Shown here: one piece after another, positions 58,038 through 60,646 of the stretch
How the letters are laid out: each line of letters begins with the position of its first letter
How positions within the stretch are numbered: position 1 is the stretch's first letter
IMG/VR virus record: IMGVR_UViG_3300042563_003046
Location: 1 to 60,646 of that record
DNA: 60,646 nucleotides
DNA from: a virus
Lineage: Duplodnaviria > Caudoviricetes
Reading direction: 5' to 3' (one strand)
The notes under the pieces: generated by a model
The model's input: only the letters and a program-made list of their open reading frames with translations
Database searches by the model: none
What the model was told of the DNA's origin: nothing
Translations under genes and position numbers: made by a program

Positions 58038-58607
58038 ATGAACATACTTCACATGAACCTAATCAAACTACTCCGCATTATGAATACACCAATTAAACTA
58101 ACTACACCACCTACCACCGAGACTCCCGCTTACCGTAACGAAAACTTCTGGGATGAATTTGACGCTGAGTCACGCGTCATCGAGCGCTTGTTCGAAGAGG
58201 CTGAGCGTATAAATACACCACGCATTTCTGCACCATCGATTGGTAGCCAGACCTGTGTCCGATCTATTGCACCCTACCGTCTGCATGGACAGTGGGTGTT
58301 TGATGATCCATCTCTTGGTCTCCGTGCCGAGGCGTTCGTCTGTGGCATGAGCGAGATTCTCGATCAGCTGCTGCGTGATTCGGGTATCGATCCCAAGCAA
58401 GTGCGCAAGGGATTCCGACTGACCTACTCACCCGTTGCCTTTCCCCGCCACACCTATGCCATCCGCTGGTTACGTGCCGAGTCTGGTGGCAACATCTACA
58501 CCTGTGAACAGAACGGGATGAGCGGATGGCTCTGCCCTGCGCTATATAAGTATTTCGATAAAGCTCCTGAGCGTATTTATTTTAGCGCTGATTTGCTTGA
58601 CGAATAA
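58038..58607 (+). CDS. DUF6717-like protein
   Basis: PY..GQWVFDD..LG...EAFV.G...GWLCPALYKYFDKAP; start may be 58080. Confidence 0.7.
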   Translation: MNILHMNLIKLLRIMNTPIKLTTPPTTETPAYRNENFWDEFDAESRVIERLFEEAERINTPRISAPSIGSQTCVRSIAPYRLHGQWVFDDPSLGLRAEAFVCGMSEILDQLLRDSGIDPKQVRKGFRLTYSPVAFPRHTYAIRWLRAESGGNIYTCEQNGMSGWLCPALYKYFDKAPERIYFSADLLDE

Positions 58608-58667
58608 TTGTAGCTCGTTATATTGCTGCCCGCCGAGTTGACCCTCGGTGGGCTAACCAAACTTAAA

Positions 58668-58877
58668 ATGAATATACCAATGAACCAAATAAATAGTATG
58701 ATACCACAACACGTCCGCGATGCTCTCGCGGTAAGCCCGAATGCCAGTGAGGCAAACACGATCACCGTATGCAAGTTAAGCGATACGCTATACACTGCAC
58801 GGTGGAACCTGCAACCTGTATCCTTTGAACTGGATATCCAATGGTCAACCACGGATCAGGATGGAGGTGCACGATGA
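58668..58877 (+). CDS. Hypothetical protein
   Basis: ATGA-coupled to the next gene. Confidence 0.5.
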   Translation: MNIPMNQINSMIPQHVRDALAVSPNASEANTITVCKLSDTLYTARWNLQPVSFELDIQWSTTDQDGGAR

Positions 58878-59470
58878 GCATACCAGCGAAAGAACAAATT
58901 GAATTATCGGAATCGCTTCTCGCTGTGTGTAAAGCGGCTGGGATTGAGGAACTAAGATATGTAGCTCAAGATAAAGATGGTCGGATTTATCACTATAATA
59001 TAAAGCCAGATTGTCTGTCTATCGATTGGGATAGCTACCCCTACCGAGGAGGCGGTGTCACATATATTGGTCATCTACCCTACGCCGACGACTGGAAAGA
59101 CAGCTTGCTAGAGTGGGTCGAGCAAGGAGAACACCCAGCTATTGCTTGCACTAAGCATGCCGATCATATCGTTGAGACCAACTATACGACTCACAGGAAA
59201 GTAGTTGTGCTACAACAGAGACTATTCACTAGCAGCTTTGGTGATCCACTTGATTGCACATTGGCCAGCGATAGACAGGTTATCGATGCGCTGGTCATTG
59301 CCGAGCGAGCAGTAAATCTAGCAATCAAATCGGGAGTAGACTATGTTGAGCTACGCTATATCAATATTCCCCCTATAGTTTATAGCTCAGGAAACAATCT
59401 CGTAGGCGTCAGAGTAGCGGGCTTCCGCTCAATAGAAGAAACAACAAATAACATAATAGAAGAATCATGA
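58874..59470 (+). CDS. Hypothetical protein
   Basis: YVAQDKDG...DWKDSL motif seen in small phage proteins. Confidence 0.65.
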   Translation: MSIPAKEQIELSESLLAVCKAAGIEELRYVAQDKDGRIYHYNIKPDCLSIDWDSYPYRGGGVTYIGHLPYADDWKDSLLEWVEQGEHPAIACTKHADHIVETNYTTHRKVVVLQQRLFTSSFGDPLDCTLASDRQVIDALVIAERAVNLAIKSGVDYVELRYINIPPIVYSSGNNLVGVRVAGFRSIEETTNNIIEES

Positions 59471-59826
59471 ATAAAGTATTACAACGAATATCAATAGCAG
59501 AATCACAAGGATGGAAGCATGACATATGTAATGTCGGCAAGCACGGCACGAAGATGAGTGGGTGGTGGATGCCCTGTGGTTCGTTCACTACGGACATAAA
59601 CATGCTGCCCGATTATTGCAATGACCTCAACGCGTGTGACAACTTACTCAACCACATGCAGACCCTCGGGTTTAACTGCGTGTTAGTAGCAGAGGGATGC
59701 GCACGTTGCTGCACCTTCATCAGCCAAGAGATGGACATTGAGTTCAAAGTAATCAGTGACAGCTTCGCACATTCAATCTGTGAGGCATTTCTCGAAACCC
59801 TTGGACTATGGAAGGAAGAACAATGA
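59467..59826 (+). CDS. Array family A protein, copy A1
   Basis: MNKVLQRISIAESQG...LPDYCNDLNA...AFLETLGLWKEEQ. Confidence 0.75.
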   Translation: MNKVLQRISIAESQGWKHDICNVGKHGTKMSGWWMPCGSFTTDINMLPDYCNDLNACDNLLNHMQTLGFNCVLVAEGCARCCTFISQEMDIEFKVISDSFAHSICEAFLETLGLWKEEQ

Positions 59827-59975
59827 ACGAGACAGAGACACCGAGGACGGACGAAATGCGTGAAGCTTACGTGAATTTCCAACACGGCAAATATACCGTC
59901 GATGTGGGAGATGTTTTTGACTTTGCCAGAAAACTTGAACGCGAACTAGCCGCCGTCACCGAGCAGCGGGACGAA
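59795..59975. repeat. 181-bp exact direct repeat (second copy 60540-end plus 54-127)
   Basis: Base-by-base identity, offset 745 bp. Confidence 0.92.
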
Positions 59976-60221
59976 CTAGCACGACAAAATAAGCTATTCC
60001 GAAATGAAACTTTAATCTGGGTTGATTGTGATGCGGTGAGAAAAGATGAATACAACACGGTGATACAGCAGCTGGACGAGGCGCGGGAGGCGTTGAGGGA
60101 TATGCTCAGTGGGTGGCGTTACATTAGAAAGACTCACGGCGATCTTTACGGAGTCGGATGGGACAGAGCGCAAAACAAAGCTGAACAAGCCCTCCAATCC
60201 CTAACCCCGAACGAACCATGA
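59823..60221 (+). CDS. Array family B protein, copy B1
   Basis: MNETETPRTDE...RKLERELAAVTEQRDE. Confidence 0.75.
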   Translation: MNETETPRTDEMREAYVNFQHGKYTVDVGDVFDFARKLERELAAVTEQRDELARQNKLFRNETLIWVDCDAVRKDEYNTVIQQLDEAREALRDMLSGWRYIRKTHGDLYGVGWDRAQNKAEQALQSLTPNEP

Positions 60222-60571
60222 ACAAAGAACAACAAAGAATAGCCATCGCCGAGGCTTGCGGATGGACAGCGGAGCAGGACAGCAACGGATATTGGAGAGC
60301 CGTAAGCCACAAACACGGCAACGCCGTTGAGCTGTGGCTGAGTGAGCGGAATGTCTGGAGCGTTGGCATTCCAGATTACCTCAACGACCTGAACGCGATG
60401 CACGAGGCGGAGAAGATTTTAAACCAGCAACAAGCACGTGACTATGCTGAGCATTTAGGTCATAGCGCACAAGACGGAACATGGGCTGGCTGCCATATTT
60501 GGTATCAATCCGCCGCACAACGAGCAGAAGCGTTCCTGAAAACCCTTGGACTATGGAAGGAAGAACAATGA
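60218..60571 (+). CDS. Array family A protein, copy A2
   Basis: MNKEQQRIAIAEACG...IPDYLNDLNAMHEA...AFLKTLGLWKEEQ. Confidence 0.75.
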   Translation: MNKEQQRIAIAEACGWTAEQDSNGYWRAVSHKHGNAVELWLSERNVWSVGIPDYLNDLNAMHEAEKILNQQQARDYAEHLGHSAQDGTWAGCHIWYQSAAQRAEAFLKTLGLWKEEQ

Positions 60572-60646
60572 ACGAGACAGAGACACCGAGGACGGACGAA
60601 ATGCGTGAAGCTTACGTGAATTTCCAACACGGCAAATATACCGTCG
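60568..60646 (+). CDS. 5' part of family B copy B2 (continues at window start)
   Basis: ATG 60568; frame joins 8..406. Confidence 0.75.
   Translation, partial: MNETETPRTDEMREAYVNFQHGKYTV

Noticed and set aside
59467-60646. A/B array as a diversity-generating retroelement or second attC array
   Set aside because: There is no reverse transcriptase and the differences are not adenine-specific. CCCGAAC at the B gene ends has no partner GTT box or stem.

Overview
The window looks like a near-complete, circularly permuted ~60.6 kb lytic dsDNA phage genome. Bases 1-53 repeat at 60594-60646, though that overlap lies inside an internal repeat. The gene set is podovirus-like: portal, scaffold, capsid, tail fibre, endolysin, terminase and a 4078-aa polyvalent virion protein on the minus strand; RuvC, SF2 helicase, Cas4-like exonuclease, SSB, PolA and primase-helicase on the plus strand; and an early region (Gp88-like, AAA/vWA) punctuated by repeated hairpins and sigma70-like promoters. 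No integrase or RNA polymerase was recognised. The main discovery is at 21.9-23.5 kb: an integron-type cassette array with five full attC sites plus a half site and no intI. The attC sites face the minus strand while the cargo genes read on the plus strand. Stop codons, and most start codons, lie inside the attC hairpins. The reading frame at the crossover triplet is fixed as an Asn codon in all five genes, and R-box complementarity follows the cassettes, as expected after real integrase-mediated insertion. Other notable elements are a structured ncRNA candidate next to the array, a constant-end/variable-middle tandem gene array, a 106-bp inverted repeat pair 33.6 kb apart, and a tRNA-like element lacking its anticodon. 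All product calls come from motif recognition by eye; no database searches were run.
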